This document shows positions 26,514 to 36,987 of a DNA stretch of 64,000 nucleotides, one piece after another. Each line of letters begins with the position of its first letter. The stretch's first letter is position 1. Source of the stretch: Candidatus Gastranaerophilales bacterium (lineage in GTDB: Bacteria; Cyanobacteriota; Vampirovibrionia; Gastranaerophilales; Gastranaerophilaceae); NCBI GenBank assembly GCA_944326015.1, contig CALVCJ010000001.1:1068-65067 (forward strand), written 5' to 3'. A program made the position numbers and the translations under genes. The notes beneath the pieces were generated by a model that made no database searches, had not been told where the DNA came from, and worked only from the letters and a program-made list of their open reading frames with translations.

Positions 26514-28024
26514 CCGAAAACATTGAGCTTAATCCGTTTGAAATAAAAACGGAACTTTCAAAAATAAATAATGCATTAACAGGAATTAGCGATTATGAGA
26601 ATTACGCAGCAAACTACAGAGTTTTAGATGCCCAGAACGACAAAAGTATTATTATCAAACTCCTTTTCAGAGAAATCTCAAGTCAGCATATAAATCCAGA
26701 GTTAATAAAATTTTTACTTTTACGCTACTGTCCGGCTAAAGAGCTTACAGATAGACTCTGGACAGTAATCAAAAATAATCTTTCTTCAAACAGTGCAAAA
26801 ATTTTTGCACTTGATTTGTTGAGAGATTTAGATACAAACTGGTCTTACGAACAATGCGAGCAATACCTTGAAAACCCTGATGAACTTGTAAATGCAGATA
26901 CAAAAAAACTGCTTAATCAGGCTATAATAAATCCGGAAGTTCAAATTGATTTTCTTGATTTCTTTAACTCACTGCCTGATACCGACAAGATTATACTTTT
27001 AAAATCACTATCTCAAGATTATACAAAAGATGAACTTGCAAACATGCTCGTTCCTGTGTTTCTATCAATGCCTGATACAGAAGCCGGAAAAATCGCTTTG
27101 GAATTATTGGGAAACTCTAAATCACCTCTTGCATATCACGCACTTTTGAATACACTTGAGTATGCTGATACAAAAATTGTCCCAGCAATACAAAAAAATA
27201 TTAATTTACTGAAACTCTCAGGTATAAGAGAAGATAATACAAAAGAATTTTATAAAAATCTTCTTAAAGACTCAAAGCCGTACAAATTCTGCATAACATA
27301 TCCGGACGGTCATGGTAACCAGGCTATAATTATTTCACGAATTAACAGCAGCGGTAAAATTCAGTTCGTGGCAATAGTAATTGATGATTATAAAGGAATC
27401 CGCGACTGTTTCGGGTTTAATGAAATTTCAAAATTTGAATGTAATGCAATAATAGAAAGATTTTACAGAGGGCAGCGCGCACTTGACATTGAACCAGGAA
27501 TATTAAAAACAATACTGCTTGATGCAGAAAAGCTGTCAGCAAATAAAATACCATACGAATATGCTTGCTGGAAAAACTTGATTGCTGACGTAAAACCTGA
27601 TAAAACAAAAATTGAATATAAAAATAAAAAAATAACAAAAAAAGAATTTGAAGAAATTTTAAAATATGACTTTACGGATTACTGGTTTTTAAACAGTGCG
27701 TACAGCGATGAATTTGAAGAGTTTATTAAAATTCTCAACAAAACATCGACAGAAGATTACGAAAAAATTATTGAAGATAATCTCTATAAAATTTTTTATC
27801 CTCAAGAATACAGTGTCTGGAAAAAACGTATTCTTCATACAGCTTTATTAAAAAGCTGCGACGGAGAAAAAAAAGCTTCACAAAATTTATATTCCTTATA
27901 TAATGATAAAGAGCTACTACATGAATTTTTGAAAAATGTAATTCGAAAAAGTATATATGAATACTACTTTTCTCTACAGGATAAAGATAAAATTAAAGCA
28001 ATAGAAGATATGTGGGTAAAATAA
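26510..28024 (+). CDS. hypothetical alpha-helical protein (504 aa)
   Basis: Long ORF translationally coupled to its neighbours; HEAT-like helical N-half. Confidence 0.8.
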   Translation: MTENIELNPFEIKTELSKINNALTGISDYENYAANYRVLDAQNDKSIIIKLLFREISSQHINPELIKFLLLRYCPAKELTDRLWTVIKNNLSSNSAKIFALDLLRDLDTNWSYEQCEQYLENPDELVNADTKKLLNQAIINPEVQIDFLDFFNSLPDTDKIILLKSLSQDYTKDELANMLVPVFLSMPDTEAGKIALELLGNSKSPLAYHALLNTLEYADTKIVPAIQKNINLLKLSGIREDNTKEFYKNLLKDSKPYKFCITYPDGHGNQAIIISRINSSGKIQFVAIVIDDYKGIRDCFGFNEISKFECNAIIERFYRGQRALDIEPGILKTILLDAEKLSANKIPYEYACWKNLIADVKPDKTKIEYKNKKITKKEFEEILKYDFTDYWFLNSAYSDEFEEFIKILNKTSTEDYEKIIEDNLYKIFYPQEYSVWKKRILHTALLKSCDGEKKASQNLYSLYNDKELLHEFLKNVIRKSIYEYYFSLQDKDKIKAIEDMWVK

Positions 28025-28431
28025 TGTACAAAATTATGGCGCTGGATATTGGAACCAAACGAATAGGAATCGCTTTAAGCGACTATCTTCTTATGCTTGC
28101 AAACGGCCATTCTTATATTCAAAGACAGCCGGAAGTTCAGGCTATTGAAAAAATTATTCAAATTGCAAAAGAAAATAATGTAAAAACGATTGTCGCCGGA
28201 ATTCCTCTTAATATGGACGGAACAGAAGGAGTTCAGGCTAAAGACTGCAGAAACTTTGCATCTAAAATTCAAGGATTTGAATTAATATTTGAGGATGAAA
28301 GATTAACATCTGACGCAGCAGAAGCAAATTTACGCGCAAAGAAAATTGACTACAGACAAGATAAAGGACTAGTTGATATTGAAAGCGCTTGTATTATACT
28401 TGAACAGTACCTGTATACACATAAAAAATAA
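28024..28431 (+). CDS. ruvX: pre-16S rRNA nuclease YqgF / putative Holliday junction resolvase RuvX
   Basis: IMALDIGTKRIGIALSD; GIPLNMDG; DERLTS; DIESACIILEQYL. Confidence 0.93.
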   Translation: MYKIMALDIGTKRIGIALSDYLLMLANGHSYIQRQPEVQAIEKIIQIAKENNVKTIVAGIPLNMDGTEGVQAKDCRNFASKIQGFELIFEDERLTSDAAEANLRAKKIDYRQDKGLVDIESACIILEQYLYTHKK

Positions 28432-28443
28432 GGAGATAGCAAA

Positions 28444-28716
28444 ATGGCAGACGAAGACCAAATTATTGAAACAATTGATGAAAATGGAAACTTAATCAAA
28501 TTTGAATTGTACGATATTGTAGAAGTAGACGAACAGGAATATGCACTACTTCTTCCTGTTGATACAGAAGAAGAAGATGATGATGAAGCCGTACTGATGA
28601 AATTATCAAAAGATGGCGATGAATACCTTTTTGAAACAATTGATGACGACGAAGAATTTGAAAAAGTTGCGGCTTATGTAGAAAATATGGACGATGAAGC
28701 TGAAGACGAGGAATAG
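28444..28716 (+). CDS. DUF1292 family acidic protein
   Basis: IETIDENGNLIKFELYDIVEVDEQEYALL...IDDDEEFEKVA; yqgF-DUF1292 synteny as in Firmicutes. Confidence 0.88.
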   Translation: MADEDQIIETIDENGNLIKFELYDIVEVDEQEYALLLPVDTEEEDDDEAVLMKLSKDGDEYLFETIDDDEEFEKVAAYVENMDDEAEDEE

Positions 28717-28719
28717 ATT

Positions 28720-30084
28720 TTGTTTGAAAAATTTACGGAAAAAGCAATAAATGTAGTAAGTTCATCACAAAATACTGCAAAAAAACTCGGAGTAAAAAAA
28801 ATAACTCCTGAATTGCTTTTGCTTGCGCTTTTTGATGAAGCAAAAGGCATTTCTTTAAAAATATTTAAATCTTACAATATTACGCATGAAAAACTTGTAG
28901 AAGAAATAAAAAAATATACAGAATTGAGTAGCAGTCAGGCAGCGCAGGCAAAAATACCGCCATTTGCGGATGAATATAAAGAGATATTAAAAAAAACACT
29001 TGATCTTGCAAACAAATCAGGAAATCCCACAATTTTATACGAACATTTGTTTTTGTCAGTAATATCAGACAGAAAATCAAATAACGTTAAAATTCTTGAA
29101 AAATTAGGCTTTGATATCTATAAGTCTAAATTACTTCTTGAAAAACTTGTTCAAAAAAAAACAAAACTTCTCTACCATCCAGAAATCGATGACAATAGTT
29201 ACACAAAAGAAGATAAAGCCAGGGAAACAGATAATATTTTTGACTGTGAAGAATCTGCAAAAGTTTTTGAACGTGCAGTTGCAAAATTATCAACCTCTAA
29301 TTACGAAATACTCGGAACAGAACAAATTTTATCTTCAATTCTGGAAGATAATGAGTCACAGTTATCAAAAATCCTTGCAGACTTTGGAGTTACGAGTGAA
29401 ATTTTTGAAGAAAAATTGAAGAATATTCAATCACGCCAGTCTGAATACGAAGGAAGACAAATTATATTCACACCAAATGCTTTCAGAACAATGAACATGG
29501 CACTTGAAACAGCAAAAGAATTAGGTTCATCAGTTGTACTGCCAGAGCACATTATCCTTGGTCTTTTGAAAACGAAAAGCGGAATTGCATATGACATACT
29601 GAAAGAATTAAAAATCCCAGGAGATGAACTTGCGCACAGCATAATTAAACCCATAGAAAAACAAATGCCGGAAACACTTACTATATTACGGCTTGCAAAG
29701 GAAGAAGCAAGACGGCTCGGACGAAATATTGTCGGAACTGAAATGTTTTTACTCGGTATTATAGGTGAGGCTACAGGTGTTGGAGCGCGTGTACTTGCAG
29801 AACTTGAAATAAACATAAAAGATGCAAGAAATGTTGTTGAAAACCTTATAGGATTCGGGAATGAATATTATGATAAGGAAATTGTTTTTACAGAACGCGC
29901 AAAACGCGTTCTTGAAACAGCCTGGGAACTCGCCAAAAAAGAACATAAACAAAAAATAGAATCCTCACATATGCTGCTTGCACTTACAACAGAACCTGAA
30001 TCACTTGCAATGAAAACTCTTGAGCAACTCGGAGTTGACGCAGTTGAAATAAAAGAAGGTATTAAAAAATTACGCGATGCATGA
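28720..30084 (+). CDS. Clp N-terminal repeat protein (six Clp-N repeats, no AAA+ ATPase)
   Basis: MFEKFTEKAI; TPELLLLAL, YEHLFLSV, GTEQIL, PEHIILGL, LAKEEARRLG..GTEMFLLG, FTERAKRVLE..SHMLLAL; no Walker A. Confidence 0.88.
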   Translation: MFEKFTEKAINVVSSSQNTAKKLGVKKITPELLLLALFDEAKGISLKIFKSYNITHEKLVEEIKKYTELSSSQAAQAKIPPFADEYKEILKKTLDLANKSGNPTILYEHLFLSVISDRKSNNVKILEKLGFDIYKSKLLLEKLVQKKTKLLYHPEIDDNSYTKEDKARETDNIFDCEESAKVFERAVAKLSTSNYEILGTEQILSSILEDNESQLSKILADFGVTSEIFEEKLKNIQSRQSEYEGRQIIFTPNAFRTMNMALETAKELGSSVVLPEHIILGLLKTKSGIAYDILKELKIPGDELAHSIIKPIEKQMPETLTILRLAKEEARRLGRNIVGTEMFLLGIIGEATGVGARVLAELEINIKDARNVVENLIGFGNEYYDKEIVFTERAKRVLETAWELAKKEHKQKIESSHMLLALTTEPESLAMKTLEQLGVDAVEIKEGIKKLRDA

Positions 30085-31366
30085 GTTGATTAATAAAACA
30101 GTCAAAGATTTTATAAAAAAATACAATTTGTCAGGAAAGTTTATAATAGGCTTTTCCGGCGGATTTGATTCTATGTGCCTGCTTGATATAATGTATAAAT
30201 CTGGATTTGATATTGTTGCTGCTCATCTTAATCACAACTGGCGCGGGAAAGAAAGCTTTGAAGAAGCAAAAAACTGTGAAAATTTTGCAAAATCACGTGG
30301 AATAATTTATTATTCTGAAATTTTACCTGACTCAGTAAAAAAAAACGAAACTTCAGCACGGGAAGCTAGATACAAATTTTTTGAAAAATGTGCCAAAAAA
30401 TTTAACTCAAATATTGTATTAACTGCACACAACTTTGATGATAATGCTGAAACTTTACTCTATAGAATAATCAAAGGAACAAGTGTTACTGGACTTTGCG
30501 CTATTGCAGAACATAGAGATATATTTTACAGACCACTTTTAAAAGTTCCACGCTCTGAAATAGAGAAATACTGTGCAGATAGTGGTTTAATACCAAACCA
30601 AGACAGCTCAAACAATGATACAAAATATAAAAGAAATCTTATAAGACATAAAATTTTGCCAGTATTGAAGGAAATTAACCCGAAAGTGACAGAAGCACTG
30701 AATTCACTATCTGAAACTGCTAAGGAGTACTTATGCTGTAATCAAGATTTTACGCAGGAACTTCTTATTAATGCTGCAGAATCTCAACAAAAAATGATAA
30801 TACGGAATATTCTGGTACAGCATCATATTGAATATGACAGAAAAAAAATTGAATATATAACTGATTTTATAAATAAAAATAAAACATCCAAATCTGGTAA
30901 AAAAATATCACTAACCAAAGATATCTGGCTTTTCGTAAATAATAAAAAAACTGAAATTATCACTCAAAAAGGAAAAAACGCTCTGGAAATCAAGATAACA
31001 CAATGTGGAAATTATACTTTTGAGGACAAAATTTTCACAATAGAGCCATATAATAAAGAAGTTGTACAATTTCCGGCAGACAAAGATTACAAAGCATATA
31101 TTTCAGCAAAAACAATTGATTTTACCCTCAGGCACAGAAAAGACGGAGACAGGATTTTTCCGCTTGGCTCAAACGGTTCACAAAAACTAAAAAAATATCT
31201 GAATGAAAAAAAAATTCCGGCACATGAAAAAGACAATATAGTTCTTTTGTGCAAAGGTAACGAAATTGTGTGGGCTGCAGGAATTGGTATAAATGAAAAG
31301 TTTAAGGTTACAAATAATGCATCATATGTATTAAAACTGAAAAAAGAGGGGCTGTATGAATATTGA
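30077..31366 (+). CDS. tilS: tRNA(Ile)-lysidine synthase
   Basis: SGGFDS; AHLNHNWRG; AREARY; TAHNFDDNAET; RPLL; NNDTKYKRNLIR. Confidence 0.95.
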   Translation: MHELINKTVKDFIKKYNLSGKFIIGFSGGFDSMCLLDIMYKSGFDIVAAHLNHNWRGKESFEEAKNCENFAKSRGIIYYSEILPDSVKKNETSAREARYKFFEKCAKKFNSNIVLTAHNFDDNAETLLYRIIKGTSVTGLCAIAEHRDIFYRPLLKVPRSEIEKYCADSGLIPNQDSSNNDTKYKRNLIRHKILPVLKEINPKVTEALNSLSETAKEYLCCNQDFTQELLINAAESQQKMIIRNILVQHHIEYDRKKIEYITDFINKNKTSKSGKKISLTKDIWLFVNNKKTEIITQKGKNALEIKITQCGNYTFEDKIFTIEPYNKEVVQFPADKDYKAYISAKTIDFTLRHRKDGDRIFPLGSNGSQKLKKYLNEKKIPAHEKDNIVLLCKGNEIVWAAGIGINEKFKVTNNASYVLKLKKEGLYEY

Positions 31367-31895
31367 AAAACTAAAAATCTTGTTTACAGAACAACAAATA
31401 CAGGAACGAATTAAAGAACTGGCATATGAAATGAACAAATTTTACGGCAGCGAAGAAGTTTACGCTATATGCGTGTTAAAGGGCGCAGTAATGTTTGCAG
31501 TAGATCTCGTAAAACATTTGAATATGCCAATAAAGTTAGAATTTATAAGGCTTTCAAGTTATAATGGCGGTACGAGCACCTCAGGCAAAGTCAACGCAGT
31601 AGATATATCACTGCCAGATCTTAACGGAAAAAATGTTCTTATTGTAGAAGATATCGTTGATACAGGGCTTACTGCTAAATTCCTGATTGATTTTTTAAAC
31701 TGCAATTTCCATACAAAATCAACAAAGTTTTGCTCACTGCTTGACAAAAAAATCACAAGAATTGCAGATGTAGATGCTGATTATTACGGTTTTGAAGTTG
31801 ATGACAAATTTCTTATTGGCTACGGACTTGATTATGACGGATATTACAGAAATCTTAGATATATAGGCTATATTGAAAAAAACAATGCGGAGTAG
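31356..31895 (+). CDS. hpt: hypoxanthine phosphoribosyltransferase
   Basis: VLKGAVMFAVDL; VLIVEDIVDTGLT; FLIGYGLDY; tilS-hpt synteny. Confidence 0.96.
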   Translation: MNIEKLKILFTEQQIQERIKELAYEMNKFYGSEEVYAICVLKGAVMFAVDLVKHLNMPIKLEFIRLSSYNGGTSTSGKVNAVDISLPDLNGKNVLIVEDIVDTGLTAKFLIDFLNCNFHTKSTKFCSLLDKKITRIADVDADYYGFEVDDKFLIGYGLDYDGYYRNLRYIGYIEKNNAE

Positions 31896-31898
31896 AAT

Positions 31899-32999
31899 TT
31901 GAACAGATTTGAAAAAGCACTTGATTTAATATGTGAATTTAACAAAATAAATAATTCTGAGAATTTTGGGGAACAAATTTTTTCAAACCTGAAAAAAATT
32001 TTTAGATTTAATTCAGGCTATATATTTTACACAAATTCTACAAAACCAGAATACTTTTTTAATAAAAAAGTAAATTCTATAAATGATATAGATGAAAGCT
32101 ATCTGATTGAAGATTTATTGTATAAAAAAACCCCATTTGGCAAGATAATAATAACAGGCAGCAATTTTAGCGAAAACGATAAAAAAATATTTAAAGCCTG
32201 TGCATCTGTCATTGCAAATATTACAAAAGATGAAGAAATTTCCAAAATCTTGAAAATGCAAATACATGCTTTTCAGGAAGGCTTTGATAAAGTAAAAAAA
32301 AGCAATGAGAAAATTACAAAATTAGAAAAAACTAAAACAGACTTTATTTCCCGCATTTCACACGAACTTAGAACACCACTTAATTCAATTCTAGGTTTTT
32401 CAGACTTACTTGAAAAAGAATTTGTTGGAAAATTAAATAACAAACAAAAGGAATACATTAATGACATAAAAATATCCGCGCTACACCTTCTAGGGGTTAT
32501 AAATGAAGTACTTGATATCACAAAAATTGAAGCAAACGCAATGAAACTAAATATTACACACTTTTCAGCTCAGCAGGCACTTAATGAAGTAATAAATGTT
32601 ATTAAACCCCTCCTTATAAAAAAACATCAGACACTTAATACAAAAATTCCCGAAGATATAGAAATTAAAGCTGATTATCAAAAATTACGACAAATACTTT
32701 TTAATCTGCTTAGCAATGCAGTAAAATATACACGAGAAAACGGCAAAATCATAGTTAAATGCATAAAAAAAGAGAACAAAATATATATCAGCATAAAGGA
32801 TAACGGAATAGGAATTGAGAAAAAAAACCTGAAAAAAATTTTTAATAAATTTGAACAGTTAGACCGAAATCAGGAAAATTCAACTGGTTTGGGCTTAGCA
32901 ATTACTAAAGAACTTGTAAAATTGCATAGAGGAGCAATCAAACTTGTGAGCATACCCGAAAAAGGTTCTACATTTACTGTTATACTGCCTATACAATAA
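31899..32999 (+). CDS. cytoplasmic sensor histidine kinase
   Basis: ISHELRTPLNSILGFS; QILFNLLSNAVKY; DNGIGI; STGLGLAI. Confidence 0.92.
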   Translation: MNRFEKALDLICEFNKINNSENFGEQIFSNLKKIFRFNSGYIFYTNSTKPEYFFNKKVNSINDIDESYLIEDLLYKKTPFGKIIITGSNFSENDKKIFKACASVIANITKDEEISKILKMQIHAFQEGFDKVKKSNEKITKLEKTKTDFISRISHELRTPLNSILGFSDLLEKEFVGKLNNKQKEYINDIKISALHLLGVINEVLDITKIEANAMKLNITHFSAQQALNEVINVIKPLLIKKHQTLNTKIPEDIEIKADYQKLRQILFNLLSNAVKYTRENGKIIVKCIKKENKIYISIKDNGIGIEKKNLKKIFNKFEQLDRNQENSTGLGLAITKELVKLHRGAIKLVSIPEKGSTFTVILPIQ

Positions 33000-33080
33000 G
33001 CAAGGGGTTGTTTTTTATATAAAGATATGTTATAATTAAATTGTTGAGAATAAATTAGCTGAACAGAGGAGTTTTGGAAT

Positions 33081-33794
33081 ATGGCATCTATAAAAGACGC
33101 TTTTGAAGAATCCTATCAGGATACAAATGCAATTTGGAAATGTATAATTTTTGCAATACCGGTATTTTTCTGTGCATACCTTTATATGAACGCTGAAAAT
33201 GGAAATTTGACAGGATTCTGGTTTTTGTTTTCAATTACATATCTTATACTTTTCGGTTTTATGATAAAATGTACGGCAAATGTAAGAAGCGGAAAGGCCG
33301 AAGTTATGCCGTCATTTAACGTATTTGCACTATTTTGGGCAGGATTAAAAGGAACTGTTGCTCTCGGTCCATCTATAGCTATAAATTGTTGGATTGCTTC
33401 ATTCTTATGCGGGCTTATCGCAAACTATATTCCTGAACCTAATACACTTTTAATATTTAAAATTATCATATGGGGCTTGTTTAGCTCCATCATACTGACA
33501 GGCTATCTTTGTTATGCAAAATCATTTAAAATTGCTGATGCATATAATTTCAAAGTAATATCTGAATCTTGCTGCAATATACTCATAGCTGTACTATTTA
33601 TGATTCCGCAGGTACTTATTGCAGATCTAATATTAATAGGCCCTGTTACATACGTTATATGGGTATTTCTTGGAATCCCCCACCCTGTTGCACTATATTA
33701 CTGGAGTATGGTGCTTGTATTTAACCTTTCCATGTGCGGTCATTATCTTGCACAGGTTGATTATGAAGCAATAGCCGAAAAAGAAGCAGAATAA
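33081..33794 (+). CDS. integral membrane protein (DUF4013-like)
   Basis: 5-6 hydrophobic segments; pattern MPSFNV..LFWAGLKG...AYNFKVI. Confidence 0.65.
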   Translation: MASIKDAFEESYQDTNAIWKCIIFAIPVFFCAYLYMNAENGNLTGFWFLFSITYLILFGFMIKCTANVRSGKAEVMPSFNVFALFWAGLKGTVALGPSIAINCWIASFLCGLIANYIPEPNTLLIFKIIIWGLFSSIILTGYLCYAKSFKIADAYNFKVISESCCNILIAVLFMIPQVLIADLILIGPVTYVIWVFLGIPHPVALYYWSMVLVFNLSMCGHYLAQVDYEAIAEKEAE

Positions 33795-33836
33795 ATAAAA
33801 TCCCCCTTATTATCCAAAGAAAAAGGGGATTTTATT
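33794..33836. terminator. bidirectional terminator between the membrane protein gene and uvrB
   Basis: AATAAAATCCCC...GGGGATTTTATT inverted repeat. Confidence 0.75.
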
Positions 33837-33837
33837 A

Positions 33838-35829
33838 TTAAGACTGAGACATTTCCCGCAATTTTTTCAACTTATCTCTTATTTCAGCAGCTCTTTCAAA
33901 ATCAAGAATTTTAGCAGCCTTATGCATATCTTTTTCAAGTTTGTCAATCAGTTTCGGCAAATCTTTTTTATCAATTCCCAAATCTACCATTTCTTCTGCT
34001 ACAATATCCTCTAGATCTCTATAGCTTGCAACAAGAGAGAGTAGATTATTTTCAATCGGTTTTTTAATTGTTTGCGGAACAACTCCATATTTTTTATTAT
34101 AGTCAATCTGAATTTTTCGTCTTCTTTCAGTTTCATCAATAGCTTTTCGCATAGAATCAGTCATCCTATCAGCATACATAATAACTTCACCGCAAGCATT
34201 ACGCGCTGCGCGTCCAATTGTCTGAATTAAACTTGTTTCAGAACGCAAAAAGCCTTCTTTATCCGCATCCATTATAGCAACAAGCGAAACTTCAGGTATA
34301 TCAAGTCCCTCTCTCAAAAGATTAACACCTATAAGAACATCAAATTCACCAAGTCTAAGGTCTCTTAATATTTCAACCCTCTCAAGTGATTGTATTTCAC
34401 TGTGCAAATACCTGACTCTGATACCTTCCTGAATAAAGAAATCAGTTAAATCTTCTGCCATTCGCTTTGTTAAAGTTGTAATTAAAACTCTTTCATTTTT
34501 ATCAGTACGTTTTTTGATTTCAGCTTTCAAGTCATTTATCTGCGATTCAATAGGTCTTACTGAAATTTTAGGATCAACAAGCCCTGTTGGTCTGATAATC
34601 TGCTCGACAAGATGTGCCGATGTTTTACGTTCAAATTCCCCGGGGGTTGCAGAAATATATATTTTTTGATGAACTTTTTTGAAAAATTCTTCATATTTTA
34701 AAGGTCTGTTATCCCTAGCACAAGGAAGTCTAAAGCCGTATTCAATAAGAGTATTTTTCCTTGAAGAATCACCATGGTACATACCTTTAAGCTGAGGAAG
34801 CGTAACATGAGATTCATCAATAACGGTTAAAAAATCTCCCTGAAAATAATCCAAAAGTGTAGCAGGTGCAGAACCTTTTGGACGTCGTTCTATAATTCGT
34901 GAATAGTTTTCAATGCCAGAGCAATAGCCCATTTCCTTTATCATTTCAATATCATATTTCACTCTTTGTTCAAGACGTTGAGCTTCAACGAGTTTATTTT
35001 CATTATTCAGCTCAATCAATCTCTGCTGCAGTTCCTGCTTTATAAGAGAAATTGTTTCATCAACATTTTCATCATAAGAAATATAGTGAACAGCAGGATA
35101 TATCACGACTTTTTGCAGATTTTCGATAATTTCACCTGTAACGTTATCGATTCTCACAATTTTTTCTATTTCATCACAAAAAAAATAAATTCTTGTAATA
35201 ATCTTTTCATATGCTGGCATAATTTCAACAATATCACCGCGTGCTCTGAAAGTCGAACGTTCCAAAACCAGATCATTTCGTGTATACTGCACACTAACCA
35301 GATGTTTAAAAAAATCGTCTCTTGATAGTTCATCACCGACATTAAGCTCTACTGAACCCTTAAAATAATTTTCAGGTAACCCCAAACCATATATACAGCT
35401 CACAGAAGCAACAATTATAACATCATTTCGTTCATAAAGACTTCTTGTAGAATTATGACGAAGCCTGTCAATTTCCTCATTTATTGATGCAGATTTTTCA
35501 ATAAACGTATCAGTTCGCGGAATATAAGCTTCAGGCTGGTAGTAATCATAATAACTTATAAAATACTCAACTGCATTGTCAGGGAAAAGTTCTTTGAATT
35601 CATTATATAACTGAGCGGCAAGGGTTTTGTTATGTGCAATTATAAGAGTTGGTTTTTGAATCTTTTCTATAACATTTGCAATTGTAAATGTTTTACCGGA
35701 ACCTGTTATACCAAGTAAGGTTTGAGCATCATCACCATTTTTAAGACCAGCTACAAGCTCGGCAATAGCTTTGGGCTGATCCCCCGCAGGTTTATATTTA
35801 GATGATATTTTAAACTTCTTGTTATTCAT
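33838..35829 (-). CDS. uvrB: excinuclease ABC subunit B
   Basis: PAGDQP; LGITGSGKT; [10 protein letters not shown]; DESHVT; NLLREGLD; UVR domain [11 protein letters not shown]. Confidence 0.98.
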   Translation of the reverse strand: MNNKKFKISSKYKPAGDQPKAIAELVAGLKNGDDAQTLLGITGSGKTFTIANVIEKIQKPTLIIAHNKTLAAQLYNEFKELFPDNAVEYFISYYDYYQPEAYIPRTDTFIEKSASINEEIDRLRHNSTRSLYERNDVIIVASVSCIYGLGLPENYFKGSVELNVGDELSRDDFFKHLVSVQYTRNDLVLERSTFRARGDIVEIMPAYEKIITRIYFFCDEIEKIVRIDNVTGEIIENLQKVVIYPAVHYISYDENVDETISLIKQELQQRLIELNNENKLVEAQRLEQRVKYDIEMIKEMGYCSGIENYSRIIERRPKGSAPATLLDYFQGDFLTVIDESHVTLPQLKGMYHGDSSRKNTLIEYGFRLPCARDNRPLKYEEFFKKVHQKIYISATPGEFERKTSAHLVEQIIRPTGLVDPKISVRPIESQINDLKAEIKKRTDKNERVLITTLTKRMAEDLTDFFIQEGIRVRYLHSEIQSLERVEILRDLRLGEFDVLIGVNLLREGLDIPEVSLVAIMDADKEGFLRSETSLIQTIGRAARNACGEVIMYADRMTDSMRKAIDETERRRKIQIDYNKKYGVVPQTIKKPIENNLLSLVASYRDLEDIVAEEMVDLGIDKKDLPKLIDKLEKDMHKAAKILDFERAAEIRDKLKKLREMSQS

Positions 35830-35907
35830 GCTAAAATTATAACTTAATAACAAAATAGTAGCAAAAAAATTTTTTCACGCGGTTATATTTTAAAGAAGAA
35901 GGACATT

Positions 35908-36987
35908 TTGGCAGGTACCCTGAAATTGATTAATTCTACAACATCTAATCCAAATAAAACCAATAAATATCAGGATCCGTTAAACAAACCAATTCCTGTA
36001 CTAATGTCGTATTCTAACGAATTAGGAACAGCTATATACGAAATTGCCCCGAGACTTGGGACGACTCTTTGGGCGCCCTCATTAATGTATCTGGGAGCTG
36101 ATATTTACGACAAGTACAAAAATGACAAAGACAGCTACAACCCTAGCGGGAAAAGAGCGTTTAAAAGAGCTGTTTTTCAAGGCATGACATCTGTCATTGC
36201 ACTTCCTTTATTAATATTTGCAGGTCAATGTATTGTATCACCGCTTGCCAAAATGGATAAATACGGAATAAGCGGAAATGCAAAAGATGCCGTTTACAAA
36301 CATACAAAAAGTGTTATTGATCAGATTCCGCCTGAAATACTTGACAATTACTCTAAATTAAAAGAAACAATAATGTTAACGCTTAAAAATAAAATTGAGT
36401 CAAGAGCACATGAAAAATCAAATATCAATATCTTTAAAAGATTATATTATATCTTCTTCACAGAAAGATACGAAGTTCTGAGCAGCAAAAAAGACAAAGT
36501 TATGATTTTTGCAGTAGATAATGCTAAGAACATATTTAATATTATAACTGGACTAAAAAATAATGAAAAGGATAAAGTTCCAAAAAATATATTAAGTAAA
36601 TACAAAAAACTGCTTCCGGAAATGAAAGAAATGTATCATGTTGCCGATTATTCGCATAATGCAGCAAAAGCAGCTTTAAAGCAATATCAGTCTTCTCTGA
36701 TATTTAAAAATAAACTACTTAAAACATTAGGTGGATTTGGAGCACTAATATTGTTTGCAGAACCTGTTAACGATTTTGTTGAAAAGTATATTATGAAAAA
36801 ATATATTAATCCCGGAATAGATCAGATTAACTTTAATTTTGTAAACGAATCAAAGTTAAAAAATATATTCAATGATATGAAAAACAATATTAATCACTCC
36901 TATACGGATAAAAGATTGACATCAAACCTCATTGCGAAATTAAAGAGTCCGCGAGAATCGAAGTCAGCGGCTGCGGAATCTCAGTAA
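35908..36987 (+). CDS. hypothetical membrane-associated protein, MTP18/MTFP1-like
   Basis: SYSNELG..IYEIAP...SLMYLGADIYDKY...AVFQGMTSVIALP and KTLGGFGALILFAEPVNDFVE follow the MTP18 pattern as recalled. Confidence 0.55.
   Translation: MAGTLKLINSTTSNPNKTNKYQDPLNKPIPVLMSYSNELGTAIYEIAPRLGTTLWAPSLMYLGADIYDKYKNDKDSYNPSGKRAFKRAVFQGMTSVIALPLLIFAGQCIVSPLAKMDKYGISGNAKDAVYKHTKSVIDQIPPEILDNYSKLKETIMLTLKNKIESRAHEKSNINIFKRLYYIFFTERYEVLSSKKDKVMIFAVDNAKNIFNIITGLKNNEKDKVPKNILSKYKKLLPEMKEMYHVADYSHNAAKAALKQYQSSLIFKNKLLKTLGGFGALILFAEPVNDFVEKYIMKKYINPGIDQINFNFVNESKLKNIFNDMKNNINHSYTDKRLTSNLIAKLKSPRESKSAAAESQ

Noticed and set aside
36929-36987. 3' overlaps of convergent genes (also 4378-4381, 23511-23514, 48964-48975) as antisense regulation
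   Set aside because: Short tail-to-tail overlaps are common in compact AT-rich genomes, and nothing else supports regulation.
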